A stretch of 64,000 nt of DNA from Octopus vulgaris (Eukaryota). Where the stretch lies: positions 45,880,001 to 45,944,000 of the forward strand of contig OX597815.1 in assembly GCA_951406725.2 (NCBI GenBank), read 5' to 3'. The notes below the pieces were generated by a model, which saw only the letters and a list, made by a program, of their open reading frames with translations, did no database searches and had not been told where the DNA came from. Positions 25,558 through 38,489 of this stretch are shown piece after piece (within the stretch, counting starts at the first letter, position 1; each line of letters begins with the position of its first letter). A program made the translations under genes and the position numbers.

Positions 25558-26420
25558 GCGAGGTAGATTTTGTCTTTCATCCTTTCGCGGTAGATTAATT
25601 AAGTACCAGTGAAACACTGGGGTCGATGTAATTGACCTTTCCCCTCCTCGAAAATTTCAGGCCTTTTTCCTATAGTAGAAAGGATTATTATTATTATTAT
25701 CAGCACGTCGGGTAAAATGTTTAGCGGTATTTCGTTCGGCGCTACGTTCTGAGTTCAAATTCTGCCGAGGTCGACTTTGCCTTTCATCTTTTTGGAGTCG
25801 ATTAAATAAGTACCAGTTACGCACTGGGGTCGATATAATCGACTTAATTCGTTTGTCTGTCATTGTTTGCCCTCTCTGTGTTTAGCCCCTTGTGGGTAGT
25901 AAAGAAATAGGTATTTCGTCTGTCGCTACGTTCTGAGTTCAAATTCCGCCGAGGTCGACTTTGCCTTTCATCCTTTTGGGGTCGATAAATTAAGTACCAG
26001 TTACGCACTGGGGTCGATATAATCGACTTAATCCGTTTGTCTGTCCTTGTTTGCCCTCTCTGTGTTTAGCCCCTTGTGGGTAGTAAAGAAATAGGTATTT
26101 CGTCTGTCAATACGTTCTGAGTTCAAATTCCGCCGAGGTCGACTTTGCCTTTCATCCTTTCAGGGTCGATTAAATAAGTACCAGTTACGCACTGGGGTCG
26201 ATATAATCGACTTAATCCGTTTGTCTGTCCTTGTTTGTCCACGCTGTGTTTAGCCCCTTGTGGGTAGTAAAGAAATAGAAATAGGTATTTCGTCCATCGC
26301 TTCGTTCTGAGTTCAAATTCCATCGAGGCCGACAAAATAAGTACCAGTTACGCACTGGGGTCGACGTAATTAACTTACCCCTTCCCCGAAATTACTGGCT
26401 TTGTGCCAAAATTTGATATC
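25558..26420 (+). repeat. Tandem array of SINE family B bodies (period 184 bp)
   Basis: Unit starts ggtatttcgt at 25726, 25910, 26094 and 26284. Confidence 0.9.
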
Positions 26421-26449
26421 ATCATCATCATCATCATTATTATTGTTAC

Positions 26450-26742
26450 GAGGACGCATGGCCTAGTGGTCAGGTGTTGCATTCACGATAGCGAGATCGT
26501 GGTTTCAATTCCCAGACCGTCTGGTGCGTTGTGTTCCGGAGCAAAACACTTCATCTGACGTGGCTCTGCATTCACTTCAGCACCTGACGCGTGGTACAGA
26601 GTGTATCTCTTCAGATAACGTGGATTTGATGGAGAGAGTGAGCTAATGTGCGGCACGAACATCTGATCACTTTATACAAATTATTTGTGTAGGTCATTCG
26701 GCAAAAGTTGAACACATACGTCATCTTCGAAAGGGGAGTCTA
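26450..26742 (+). mobile_element. tRNA-derived SINE, family D
   Basis: ggacgcatggcctagtggt...gtggtttcaattcc head and the family D body. Confidence 0.75.
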
Positions 26743-26749
26743 TTATTAT

Positions 26750-26892
26750 GTGACTAAAACTCACAGCTTTATTTTACTGGGTATGATGGAAAGTGTCAGC
26801 TGTCCACAGCCAGCAGACTAAGGTGACACTTGTTTACTGGGTCATGCTTCAAGAACCATGAGAATAATTCTAGCAGTTCCAAGCAATGCTGA

Positions 26893-26937
<45 letters not shown>

Positions 26938-27320
26938 TTCTTCTTCTTCTTCTTCTTCTTCTTCTTCTTCTTCTTCTTCTTCTTCTTCTTCTTCTTCTTC
27001 TTCTTCTTCTTCTTCTTCTTCTTCTTCTGCTTCTTCTTCTTCGTCTTCTTTTGGAACTCTTGGATTTTTGCATGAGTAGTGGGCTTGTTACCTGTAGTTT
27101 ACGGTACCATGTTAGTCGTTCTCTTCAACTATCTAATACTTTCCTAATGATTCTGAGCGTGCCGAGGAGGCGTTCCAAGGAGCGTGCCAAGAAGGCAAAC
27201 TCTACCGGACACACTATTCTTATTTACTTTATGTTTTTTTCTCAATATCTTTTGATACTGCCCTCAAGATCCCAACAATAACCACCACTATCTTCACCTT
27301 TCTCATCTTCCAGAGGACTG
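26750..27320 (-). mobile_element. Two stacked R4/Dong-like LINE 3' ends separated by (GAA)n
   Basis: Minus strand gives WKMRKVKIVVVIVGILRAVSK...GTLRIIRKVLDS* then a UTR, (GAA)n, then SALLGTARIILMVLEA* and a second UTR. Both match the RLE-LINE terminal LLGTARI.RKVL motif. Confidence 0.7.
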
Positions 27321-27452
27321 CATACGTCAACCTTCTTAACTGTCCGTGGGTCAAATGGGCATGCCACATCAATTATGGAGCACATGTGGTTTACTTTATC
27401 CAACACCACTAGATCCGGTTTGTTGTGCTCAAGAACCTGGTCTTTTTGAATT

Positions 27453-27835
27453 GGGATTTCGTCTGTCCTTACGTTCTGAGTTCAAATTCCTCCGAGGTCG
27501 ACTTTACCTTTCATCCTTTCGGAGTCGATAAATTAAGTACCAGTTGAATACTGGGGTCGATGTAATCGAATGTCCCCCTCCCCCAAATTTCAGGCCTTGT
27601 GCCTATAATAGAAAGGGTTCCTCTTCTTATAAGACGAATTGGCAGAATCGTAACATGCTGGACAAAATGCTTAGCAGCATCTCGTCCGTCTTTACGTTCA
27701 GAGTTCAAATTCCGCCAAGGTTGACTTAGCTTTTCATCCTTCCGAGGTAAATGATATAAATACCAGTTGAGAACCGGGGTCAATGTAATCGAATGTCCCC
27801 CTTCTCCAAATTTCAGGCCTTGTGAATATAGTAGA
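27453..27835 (+). mobile_element. Two SINE family B copies
   Basis: Two bodies with ttacgttc.gagttcaaattcc..cgagg..gact...tttcatcctt. Confidence 0.8.
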
Positions 27836-27900
27836 GAATATAGAAGATAGAGCTATTATTGTTATTGATAAGGAAGATTTTTGTATTTTACTCTCCCTGA

Positions 27901-28260
27901 TTATTTAACAGCCCTTTGCTTTTCCTCTTCTAAACAGAGTGTCTTTAGGTGGCTGATGTTACCACACATACAGCAACTAAATCTTCTGTCCTGCACAAGC
28001 ACATATTTACTTTCTGCTTTTTCATTGTTGTACAACACCGCGATAACCTTGTGATGTTCGAGGGTCATCAGAGCCTCGACGTTCATACAGACTCTATACG
28101 ATCGCATGTTGTATATGAACCATGAACTCACAACCTGTCCATACGATGTCACAGTCAAAGGTCAACAGCCATGCCAGTATCTTTTGCCATGATCCTTGTA
28201 TTTCTTTCCACCATCTACTGTGGTGCCAGCTTGTAGTGGTGTGGTACACTTTCCCTATAT
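27901..28260 (-). pseudogene. LINE ORF1/gag-like fragment with CCHC zinc knuckle (L1/Tx1-like)
   Basis: ORF 27901-28158 ends VLVQDRRFS-CCMCGNISHLKTLC, which fits C-x2-C-x4-H-x4-C. Confidence 0.55.
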
Positions 28261-29231
28261 TCTGTATTAGTCCTCGATTATAAAGAAATTCCTTCTCGAC
28301 CTTTTCTAAGTAAATTTGTAAAAAGTTAACCTATGCGCAGTATTTCCATCGGATGTGCAAAACTGGCGAAGGATGAATTGTTATTGTGTTTTTCAGTGCT
28401 TTTGATGATGTCATTTAAGTTTGCGTTTTCCCTTAAACAATAAGTGTTTGTGTAAGTGAGGCTGTTATTTTTTGTTTATCGTCGAATTTTTGTTTCTGTT
28501 TTTAAGTATATTTTTGTGTTTTGAAAAATTGGGGTCGTATTCACAGCTACCGTCTTTGTGGTTAACAGCTTACGCCGCTACTGCAAAGATGACCATACTG
28601 AACCACTAATAAACCAAGCAAAATGAATGTTTGCAAAAATATGTGTATACAATAAAAAATATCTTAGAAAGAATCTTCTTTTTTACCGTAGGATAATGGT
28701 GAGGATCTTCAAATATTCCAAAAACCTTTGTTGTTAAAATACGCTCTACCCAAATTACCTTAAAGTAATCTTGGAAGAAAATATTTTCTAAGCCGAGCTC
28801 TGTAAAACGCGTGTATCCACAACAAACAACAACTACGACACACAAAAGAAAACTTGATTTATACAATCAACAGGTGTCATGTTTGGTATGTTTAGATCTG
28901 AAAGTCTGCACTCTTTTTGACTTTACGCTAATCCCTTGACAACAATAGTGACAGTTAGATCACTGAAGTCAAGTACAGGTCACAGGCCCGTGTCAGTATT
29001 TACAGAACCTGAAATTAATCCGACTCATTAGGTTTTAAACACGTTAACTATCAAACTGCTGGTTTAAATGAAGAACTATTCCTTTAAGTTAAGAACGTTA
29101 ATATTCCGTTTAAAGAAAAAATGAAATTCTGTGAGCATACCTTAAATAAAATTAGAGTTAGGAATGTGGTATTCAAGTAACAAAGAACTCTTTTCTAGTT
29201 TGCCTTTTATCAGGTTGAAATGTGTTATTCG

Positions 29232-29307
<76 letters not shown>

Positions 29308-29552
29308 CCACACCACGAGTCTCAATTCCGCCACCTATCCTTCGAATATTCTAGACAGAAATCACATCGTTGCAAATATCCGGACTAAGCTGTTATTCTG
29401 GGGATAATACGATCTCGTGACGTACCGTTTCCCACTGTACTTTTCTTGAAAAGTTTCCCACCGGAAACCTAGCCCACTGGTAGATAGGACTGAGTAAACC
29501 TAGATGCATGACCTCGTGGGTAACACCCCAGTGGAAACCTAGCTTATTGCGA

Positions 29553-29967
29553 GGCGGCAAGCTGGCAGAATCGTTAGCACGCCGGGCGAAATGCTTAGCG
29601 GTATTTCGTCTGCCGTTACGTTCTAAGTTCAAATTCCGCCGAGGTCGACTTTGCCTTTCATCCTTTCGGGGTCGATAAATTAAGAACTAGTTACGCACTG
29701 GGGTCGATGTAATCGACTTAATCCGTTTGTCTGTCCTTGTTTGTCCCCTCTGTGTTTAGCCCCTTGTGGGTAGTAAAGAAATAAATATTTTGTCTGCCGA
29801 TACGTTCTGAGTTCAAATTCAGCTATGGTCGACTTTGCTTTTCATCCTTTCGGGGTCGATAAATAAAGTACCAGTTACGCACTGGGGTCGATCTAATCGA
29901 CTTAATCCCTTTGTCTGTCCTTGTTTGTCCCCTCTATGTTTAGCCCCTTGTGGGCAATAAAGAAATA
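29553..29967 (+). mobile_element. SINE family B dimer with a long TSD
   Basis: One head and two bodies, flanked by ggaaacctagcttattgcga (29533-29552) and ggaaacctagtttactgtga (29968-29987). Confidence 0.85.
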
Positions 29968-30149
29968 GGAAACCTAGTTTACTGTGAAGATAGGCTAGCG
30001 GCATGATTCCGTGGGAAACGCTTAAGAAGGCTGCTATATCAGTTAGTTATTTCACTAATCAGTCTTCTGGCAAATCATCGTCGTTGGTGATTTCAATGTT
30101 GATAATTTGTCTGGAACAGAAGCTGGAAGTTTTGCCATTCTGCATTAGT

Positions 30150-30910
30150 TACTATCATTACCCACTCTTATTCCTTACCAACACACAAACACTCAAACTT
30201 GGAGCCCTTAACAAAAGCCCTTAACCATATCTTTATCAAGCCGATTATCCAAATGCTGCGTAATCAAGGTTATCCACCACATGTTTACATACTTCCATTA
30301 ACTGCATCTCACATCCTACAAGCGCTACCAATAGCAAACAGTAATCAGAATTTTTGATCCCGTGTTAACGGTAATAGAATCTTTTGGTGTGCTATTTATT
30401 CAACCAAATGACACCGTAAGCAGTATTCCCATAGAAAAAAAACCTTCACATTTATTTACATCCTGCCCCACAATGCGCACATTCAACAAGACTGCTCCAA
30501 AACTTCTTGTTACCACTCCATTTCACTACGTCTTACGCCTTATATTCTTTGAACCAACAAGGATCAAATAATATATTTTGTAAATATATTTACAAAAAAT
30601 AATATATTTTGTAAAAAATAAACCTACAAACATTTTCTAGGAAGTTTATAAGTGATCTATGAATTTAAATATTTTTAAATGAAAAGTAATTAAAAGCGTC
30701 ACCTGCAGGTCTGACTACGCTGCATTGATAAGGGGCAACAACCCTGAAACATGTCTAGCTGTCGGACTAGCAGGTTGAAGCGGCTGACCTCCCTTGTTCG
30801 AAGGTTTAATAACGGACGCAATTTGTGTGTCAAGTAGCTAGCTTGAAGCGATGGCTTCATGGAGCTAATCAGCGACAGCTTTATTATTATTTTTAAGAAT
30901 GCCATATTAG
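30150..30910 (+). mobile_element. Decayed Penelope-like element with 3' pLTR
   Basis: MLRNQGYP at ~30254 resembles the PLE LxxNGYP motif, and it is followed by a hammerhead motif at 30701-30775. Confidence 0.5.
30701..30775 (+). ncRNA. Type I hammerhead ribozyme motif with U3-A8 core
   Basis: acctgc.ag.gtctgac.tac.gctgca-TTGATAA-GGGG-caacaa-CCCT-GAAA-CATG-TC-tagc.t.gtcggac.ta.gcaggt. Palindromic CATG stem III loop and a long outer stem I; the proximal stem I appears to lack 2 nt. Confidence 0.7.
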
Positions 30911-31982
30911 TATGGCGATAACTATTAATTAAAAAGGTTTCATATCTATAGATAAGTTGAAGGAAGGTTTCTGGAACATTCTATTGAGTTCAGAAGATAC
31001 ATTAAAAATCTTTATTTTCTGACAATCATTAAATTAATTAAACTTAAGGCTTTCCTCAGTGTACTTTTTATTATATAAATTACTTGGATCTTTTAGAAAG
31101 AAGGTCAGATACTTTAGTATAGCAAAACGATTCTACACAAAAGTAATTTTTAATAATGTTACGTAAAGAACTAAGCTGTTGGCCTGCTTTGAAATGTTTT
31201 TAAATGATTTCTATGTGTAAATATATTATTTTCAATGACCTAGGAGTTCGCACTTAAAAAAGAAAACTACGGATCAGCATTTACAATAGTCATATCAAGT
31301 ACCAAGGCCAAAATGCTTATCCTGGTTGCAACACTCAAGGTTTTCCTTCCTTCAAACAAAGACATTTGTTCAATGTTCACATTGTCTTAAAATATGCAGC
31401 CATGTCATTCTTTTCACTCCCTCTTTCTTTGTATTTTCCGAAGGATTTTCTATTTGCTTTCGTTAAATCATACCGAAATATTCGTGTAGGTACCACCACC
31501 AACCAGCTAACCAACCGCGACTGCATATGAATATATTTGCACGCAGACGACAATGCGTATTTGTTGAATATTTCTTGTGTAAGCGATGTATAAGAATTCT
31601 CAAAAATGAAACATGAAAGAAATCTCAAATCGAAATCAAATGAAAACATTTCATATTGACCTTGAATATTTCTGCTTATGGATTATACAGAAAAGATATA
31701 CAGAAATATCCCGTTTTACGTTCATCTCCCTCTGGTTACGTGTAAAGAATGACCTCTAATTTTGGGATACGATCTTAAATTTTACTCTTACGGAAACTTC
31801 GATAAATTTTACGAATTTAAAAACTACACTTTCTTCTTAGCCAACAGGTCGCTTGTTGGCATTTTGACGAAGATCAACACACAGTCAACAATTCGAAAAC
31901 AAACTATTATCACGATACATACACAAACACGCACATAAACACACACATATACACTTTATTTTCTTGAGTTACAATTGTTATG

Positions 31983-32040
<58 letters not shown>

Positions 32041-32056
32041 GTCTGTCTGTCTGTCG

Positions 32057-32165
<109 letters not shown>

Positions 32166-33254
32166 GGGAGTATATCAACCACTACCATTGTCTACCATTA
32201 ACAGCATTACAATCAGCATGAGCATCAAACGAATTCAACCATTATCAGCCCAGTAACTCCTTAATAACCACCAACAACAGCAACAATAGTATGTACATTA
32301 TAAGCAACTCCATCTGAAATTAAAAGCAACTGCATGAAATAAGGTGGTCCACTAGTGTACTTTCAAATGCTGAATGAAATATCTTAGATTTTGGGTCGTT
32401 GAAGATTAACTTGAAATTAAACAGCAGCTGCAGCAGCATGGATAATGTGTCCATTGGCACCAACAAGAATACTCTCAACCTCACCGCCACCATCATGACT
32501 AACACGAAAGCCAATACATACACCACTACCGCCGCCGCCGCTGCCACCACCACCACCACCATCTCAGTGCTATGAGAGAGTCATCGCGTACCAGCGAACA
32601 AGAGAAACACATACTTTGAGTATGCGCGGTTGATAATGTTTACAACACTAGCGCTGCGTTTAATTCTTAATTGATTATATATATATAAGAGATGCACACA
32701 ACAGTGATATGCAGATATTGAGAAAGAGAGAAAGAAAGAAAGAGAGAGATAAAAATGAAAGACTAATTAAAATATTGGTGTTATGGAATATGAATTTAGA
32801 TCTGCTGTTTAAATTACCAAGCAGAATAAATTGAAAACAGCTAAAACTATAATTTGAGAATGATAGATATGTTTATGGATTTTGTTTTCATAAAATGTCT
32901 TTGTAAGATAAAGTTTGGGTTTATTAGCTGAAACAATAATAACAGCACCGTGTATAGCGTGTAATGAAATAGTAAGATCTATTAACATGTTCTCAATCAT
33001 TATCATCATCATCTATCGACTACAACTTCTACTTTCGTCGCTTACAATGGCTTCCCTAATTAACGTTCTAATAAGGCAGCAAGCTGGCAGAAACGTTAAT
33101 ACGCCAGATGTTCAAATTCCACCGAGGTCGACTTTACCTTTCTTCTCTTTTGGGGTCATAAATTAAGTACTTGTTGAGCACTGGGGTCGATGTAATCAAC
33201 TAACCCCGTTTTCCACTAAGTTTTAGGCTTTGTGCTAACAGTAGAAAATGATAA

Positions 33255-33400
33255 TTATTAGTGTGTTAAGTTCATCGACAGTTACAGTACAACTGTCATC
33301 CATTGGAGTCTTGGTAGTTGTTAAGAAATGACATCCATAGCTTCTCCTCCCATGAGGAAGTTTCCATGCGATGACTTGATTCGTGGACATTTGGTGTTCC
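33255..33400 (-). pseudogene. RTE-like LINE extreme C-terminal fragment (duplicate ~42085-42230)
   Basis: VIAWKLPHGRRSYG.HFLTTTKT.MDD...TVDEL resembles RTE W.P.HG.R..GRP..T...L..D....EL. Confidence 0.55.
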
Positions 33401-35299
33401 ACTAGGTCATTTTTTTCTAAAGTAATCAACTTTTCGTCCAGATTCTATCTCACTGAAATCGATATTTTCTTTATTATTTTATATTTGAACATTTCACGTA
33501 CACCTGAATATATTTAAGTCGACATTAACAATGAATAAATGGAAGGATTACAGACTAAAAGGAGATTTGGAGAAATTTGTAAAAAAGAAATTAGAAACTG
33601 AGTAATTGTTAATAAACCAGAAAAATCTTTATGAAACCGTTGAAAGAGATAGGTTCTTGCTGAGTTGAAGCTGCAATGTGATTTCGAGTCGTCTTTGAAG
33701 CAATTTCCTTTTACGTCATTTCGCTTTATATATATTGTGATAGTAGAATTGTGAGAGAAATAGATGACTCACATTCCTTATTTATACTGTTTAACATAGG
33801 TACAATTTGATGGGTAGGTGTGTATTGGTTAGCGTTTGACAGCTCTTTCCGTAAATCAGGTTGAGGGTGATTTGTAAAGCAAAGTAAATTTCCGAGAGAA
33901 TTAGGATTTGTCCTATTAGCAAATCAGATGACGTTTAAAGTGAATGAAGAATGACGTATGCCATCAATAACTTTACTTCCCATCTGTAGAAATTCAATAT
34001 CGTCACTATCACGAGATAGAAGTAAAATCGATTTTTGAGCTGGCAGTATCGTTAAAGCGTCGGGAAAAATACTTTGCATTATATCTTCCAGTTTTTATGT
34101 TCTGAGTTCCAATCCTGCCGAAGTCAACGTTGCCTCCCATTTTTCTGAGGTCGATAAACAAAGTATCAATCAATTAATTGGGTCATTGGAATCAACTAAC
34201 CTTCTCGCCTAGAAATGCCTGTGCTTGTATCTGAAGTCAAGTTGGGCGAAATTTTTCGAGAAAAGGGCCGCATAAAACATGGCTCTTCACCAGGCGGACC
34301 GCACTGCTAAAAATTTGAAGATAATTTTTTGTTAGGCGTACCAACCAGAAATTCCAGCGGGCCTTAGTTTGCTCATGACTGTTCTATATTATAAAGATAA
34401 GAATTCAAGACGTCGCCTTACCCAACTTTCTTCTCTTTATTCCTTAAGAATTACCTTTGTTGTCTTCTCTTTTAAGACTTTCTATTCTAGTAGTTTCTTT
34501 CTCGAACATTTATTTTACGGAACTCCCTTCCTTTATGATTTTGGTGTAATTCTTATTAAATCTCGTATTGACTGTTTTTATCGTTTTAGGGTAGGTTTTT
34601 ATTAGATTTTCAGAGGTGTGCATGCATCTGGGACCATGTGTCGAAACTAAAACAATTACAGCGTCGAAGACACATATTAGTCATTCAAAAACATACGAAG
34701 AATATCAACTCCCCTTAAACATTTATTATTATATGGTAACAAAATTTTCGTCGCACCAATTGCGAATTTGTCACTTAGTTTTGTTAATGACCAGTTTGCA
34801 CGACGAAAATGTTGACACCAAATTAATAATAAATGTTCAAGTGAAGTTAAAAGTCTTTGTATGCTTTTGAATGGCTAATATGCGTCTTCCACACTGCAAT
34901 CGTTTCTACTAGATATTTTTTCTTGTACTTTTGTAACCCCAGCAAATACTAAGTAGGCGCTTGAACCCTATTTTATTGCTAGTTACTTGCGACTTTTAGT
35001 ATAAAAATCAAAACAAAAAAGACAAACAAAACTAAACAGATGGATGTGCTGACCGTCCACTGTCGGACGCTCTTGGTGACATTGTTTAAATAAGTAGTAG
35101 AAAGATATTTCGTATGAAACATTCTACTGTATTAATATTTATCATGTAAGGTATAAAATAGGTAGCTAACTTAGTTATATCTTAACTAAAGCCTATACTA
35201 CCAATTAAAACACAACAGAAATTTTGTATCAGAAATTCAACTTGCTTCCCATTACTTAGCTAATTCAGTTATTATTTCATATTTGTGTATATATAATAT

Positions 35300-35790
35300 T
35301 CCATCCAGCCATCTTCTCCGGCCACTATTCCTGGGAGAATCAAGCTCCTCCTCTATAAGGTCCTATAAAAAACAACCGTCATAAGACTTTCCGGCTGGAT
35401 TCCCAAGCGTAACCAAATGAGGCTATTGATATTATCCAACCATTTCGCTACTGGTTGGCTCGTCTTGAATCTGTTTTTGCGATTCTTTCCTGTGACATTC
35501 TAATCATATATCCGTAGTGCCAGTGTAGTAGCCGCTCCTCGCTCTCCGGTTACTCACTTCTTGAGTAACGTTATTCTGGTGATCCTTCAGAGGAAGCCCA
35601 TTTCGGCAACTTGTATTCACGATCGTACTCTTTCGGCCCTTGCCCAACATTCATATCATAGGTGAGGGTAGGCACGAAAACCGAACTGAAGATAGCAAGT
35701 TTGGCTTTTTTTACCAATCTCTCTTCTTAGGATCGAATGTTGGGGCTGGCGCATTTCTGTGCTAGCATCTGTAATTGTATCACAAGTTTA
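35300..35790 (-). mobile_element. RTE (Rex3/Expander-like) LINE 3' fragment
   Basis: KKAKLAIFSSVFVPTLTY..(frameshift)ECWA..ERVRSRIQVAEMGFL, with a GATG-type tail (ccatccagccatc on +). Confidence 0.8.
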
Positions 35791-36413
35791 GATTAGATCG
35801 ATCTGGAAGTAAAGTTAAACGAGATATAAGTGAACTGTGAGGTACATCAGATTTGATGGAATAATGGGATCGGCGAGAGTGCGATGAAGGGCTTCAAAGG
35901 AAGCAAACAAAAGTCGGTAACACTCCTGCAAGAAAATTTATACGGTGATATAATGATACATATTCATTTATTATTTAATGAGACACAATTTTTTCTAGTC
36001 CCACCTCTAAATGGTAAGTGTGGTTGTTTAGCATTAAATCGGCCCTGTTTGAGCAGACTCATGATCGATAGCAATCCAACTGTAATCAACCCTTCTTTTC
36101 ATTTCGGACATGGTATACCACGAGCTACATTCTATAACACTTCTATTTTTAAGACGGTAAGGGCGAGATGATTTGAGGAAAATTTGGTTGCTATTTGTAG
36201 CAGGTATAGGACCACATAGAAGCTTGCTTGTTTCTCGTATTAAGGACAGTATTGAAATGAAGAGCCATTGCTTGTGTTTAAAGAAGTTGAATTTATATAA
36301 ATTGATGTTGTTTTGAACAATAAACAAAATAACCATTAACAAGGTCAAGATAATTGTTATTAATTATAAAGGAGAGATAAGGCTGAGAGGTGGCAGAATA
36401 TACATACATACAT

Positions 36414-36600
<187 letters not shown>

Positions 36601-36615
36601 CATATATATATATAT

Positions 36616-36689
<74 letters not shown>

Positions 36690-36692
<3 letters not shown>

Positions 36693-37200
36693 ATAGTTAG
36701 AGTTCAGCAAAGATTTGCTTTACCACATACCGAAGTTTAGAAATAGCAGCCAAAAAACGTTAGCTATTTCTTCTACTTTAAAAAGGGACTCCCAGAAAAA
36801 TCAAAATACTTGACAACAATCCACACAGGCAGAGAGGAAAAAAGTAACAAAAATCAATCAATATCTGGTCACCTATGGACGCGCGTTTCGGAATTAGATT
36901 GGAATAAAGAATATAGAATTATACTTTACCAACCGTTTTCCTCTTCAGCATAGGACCCCATCAATAATTAAATATTGAAATATTAAATTCGAAGGTACTG
37001 GAATAATAGAACATATCTCTCCACCTAACGGTATCAGACAGATAATATTCAGTGTTAGTACCGCCAAATTCAAAACATGAATGAGGTTCAATTACCTTCC
37101 CCTGCATCTCCTCGTGTGTCTTCAAGTAAACTACTATAGAAAAAAATCTGTAGTTTGTTATCAGGGAGAAAATTCTATTATTAATTAATTTTACCTTTGT

Positions 37201-37203
<3 letters not shown>
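36690..37203 (-). mobile_element. ~510 bp non-coding hammerhead-bearing element in (TA)n (solo Penelope pLTR / retrozyme-like)
   Basis: Unique block bounded by long (TA)n on both sides, carrying an intact hammerhead and no recognisable ORF. Confidence 0.6.
36867..36957 (-). ncRNA. Type I hammerhead ribozyme, canonical core
   Basis: Minus strand: ggt-CCTATG-CTGAAGA-GGAA-(extended hairpin)-TTCC-GAAAC-GCGC-GTC|CATAGG-tg-acc. All core nucleotides are present; predicted cleavage between 36878 and 36877. Confidence 0.9.
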
Positions 37204-37267
<64 letters not shown>

Positions 37268-37325
37268 TGTGTGTGTGTGTGTATGTATATATATATATAT
37301 ATATACATACACACACACACATACA

Positions 37326-37360
<35 letters not shown>

Positions 37361-37363
<3 letters not shown>

Positions 37364-37760
37364 CGCAGGAGTGGCTGTGTGGTAAGTAGCTTGCTTACCA
37401 GCCACATGGTTCCGGGTTCAGTCCCAATGCGTGGCACCTTAGGCAAGTGTCTTCTACTATAGCCTCGGGTCGACCAAAGCCTTGTGAGTGGATTTGGTAG
37501 ACGGAAACTGAAAGAAGCCCGTCGTATATATGTATATATATATATATATGTATGTGTCGGTGTTGTCCCCAACATCGCTTGATAACCGATGCTTGTGTGT
37601 TTACGTCTCCGTAACTTAGCGGTTCGGCAAAAGAGAAGACCGATAGAATAAGTACTAGGCTTACAAAGAATAAGTCCTGGGGTCGATTTTTTCGACTAAA
37701 GGCGGTGCTCCAGCATGGCCGCAGTCAAATGACTGAAACAAGTAAAAGAGTAAAAAGAGT
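37361..37760 (+). mobile_element. SINE family A, full length (duplicate 46014-46448)
   Basis: aggcgcaggagtggctgtgtggtaag head and gtaaaaga tail; inserted in (TA)n. Confidence 0.88.
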
Positions 37761-37923
37761 ATATATATATATATATATATATATACACTACCATTGGTAG
37801 CTTCATTCAACAGAAAACGAGGATTACTAAACATATTGGTCAGTAAATATGTCAACTACAGTAATCGAAAATCTCCAGTTTGTATATTGTCTTAATTTAT
37901 TTTGCTCTCCACAACGCCTGGAA

Positions 37924-38040
37924 CAGTCATGGACAAACTGTAGCCCGTGGGACGTTTTCCTTTTCTCAGTAGTGTGGATCTGCCTGATGATGTGCCATGT
38001 CCGATGTGGCCCGCTTCTCGAAAAAGGATAATCACGCCTG
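37924..38040. mobile_element. Small hAT-like MITE
   Basis: cagtcatggacaaact...atgtggcccgc...atcacgcctg ends. Related fragments at ~34250-34365 and ~50912-51057. Confidence 0.45.
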
Positions 38041-38120
38041 GTTTAGAACGTCCCCTGTTTTACTTAGCTGATAGCTGTAAAAAATGTGTCTACGTGTATG
38101 TGTGTGTGTGTGTGAGAGAG

Positions 38121-38193
<73 letters not shown>

Positions 38194-38489
38194 TTCAGTA
38201 ATAGAATGTCGCAACTACTAAAAAATGAACGTTAGTTTGATGGTTTACAGTATTGATTTAAGATTCACAGTAGTTTTTTTTATGTTGATGTGGATGTTAC
38301 TGTAAACTGAAAACATATGACGGTATGACGGTGATCCCACAACAAACTGAATTCATGGGACTTTGTCTAGGTTTCGACTACTTTCCAAAATTTACAAGTG
38401 CTACTCTGTTTACCTGTAACAATATCGATTAATTTAACATTGACTTCTTTATAACTAAACTCCACAGCTGTAATTATTGGCTTAAAAGT

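Noticed and set aside
25726-26420. Regular repeats resembling a CRISPR array
   Set aside because: Whole 184-bp units repeat with no unique spacers; eukaryotic SINE bodies and no cas genes.
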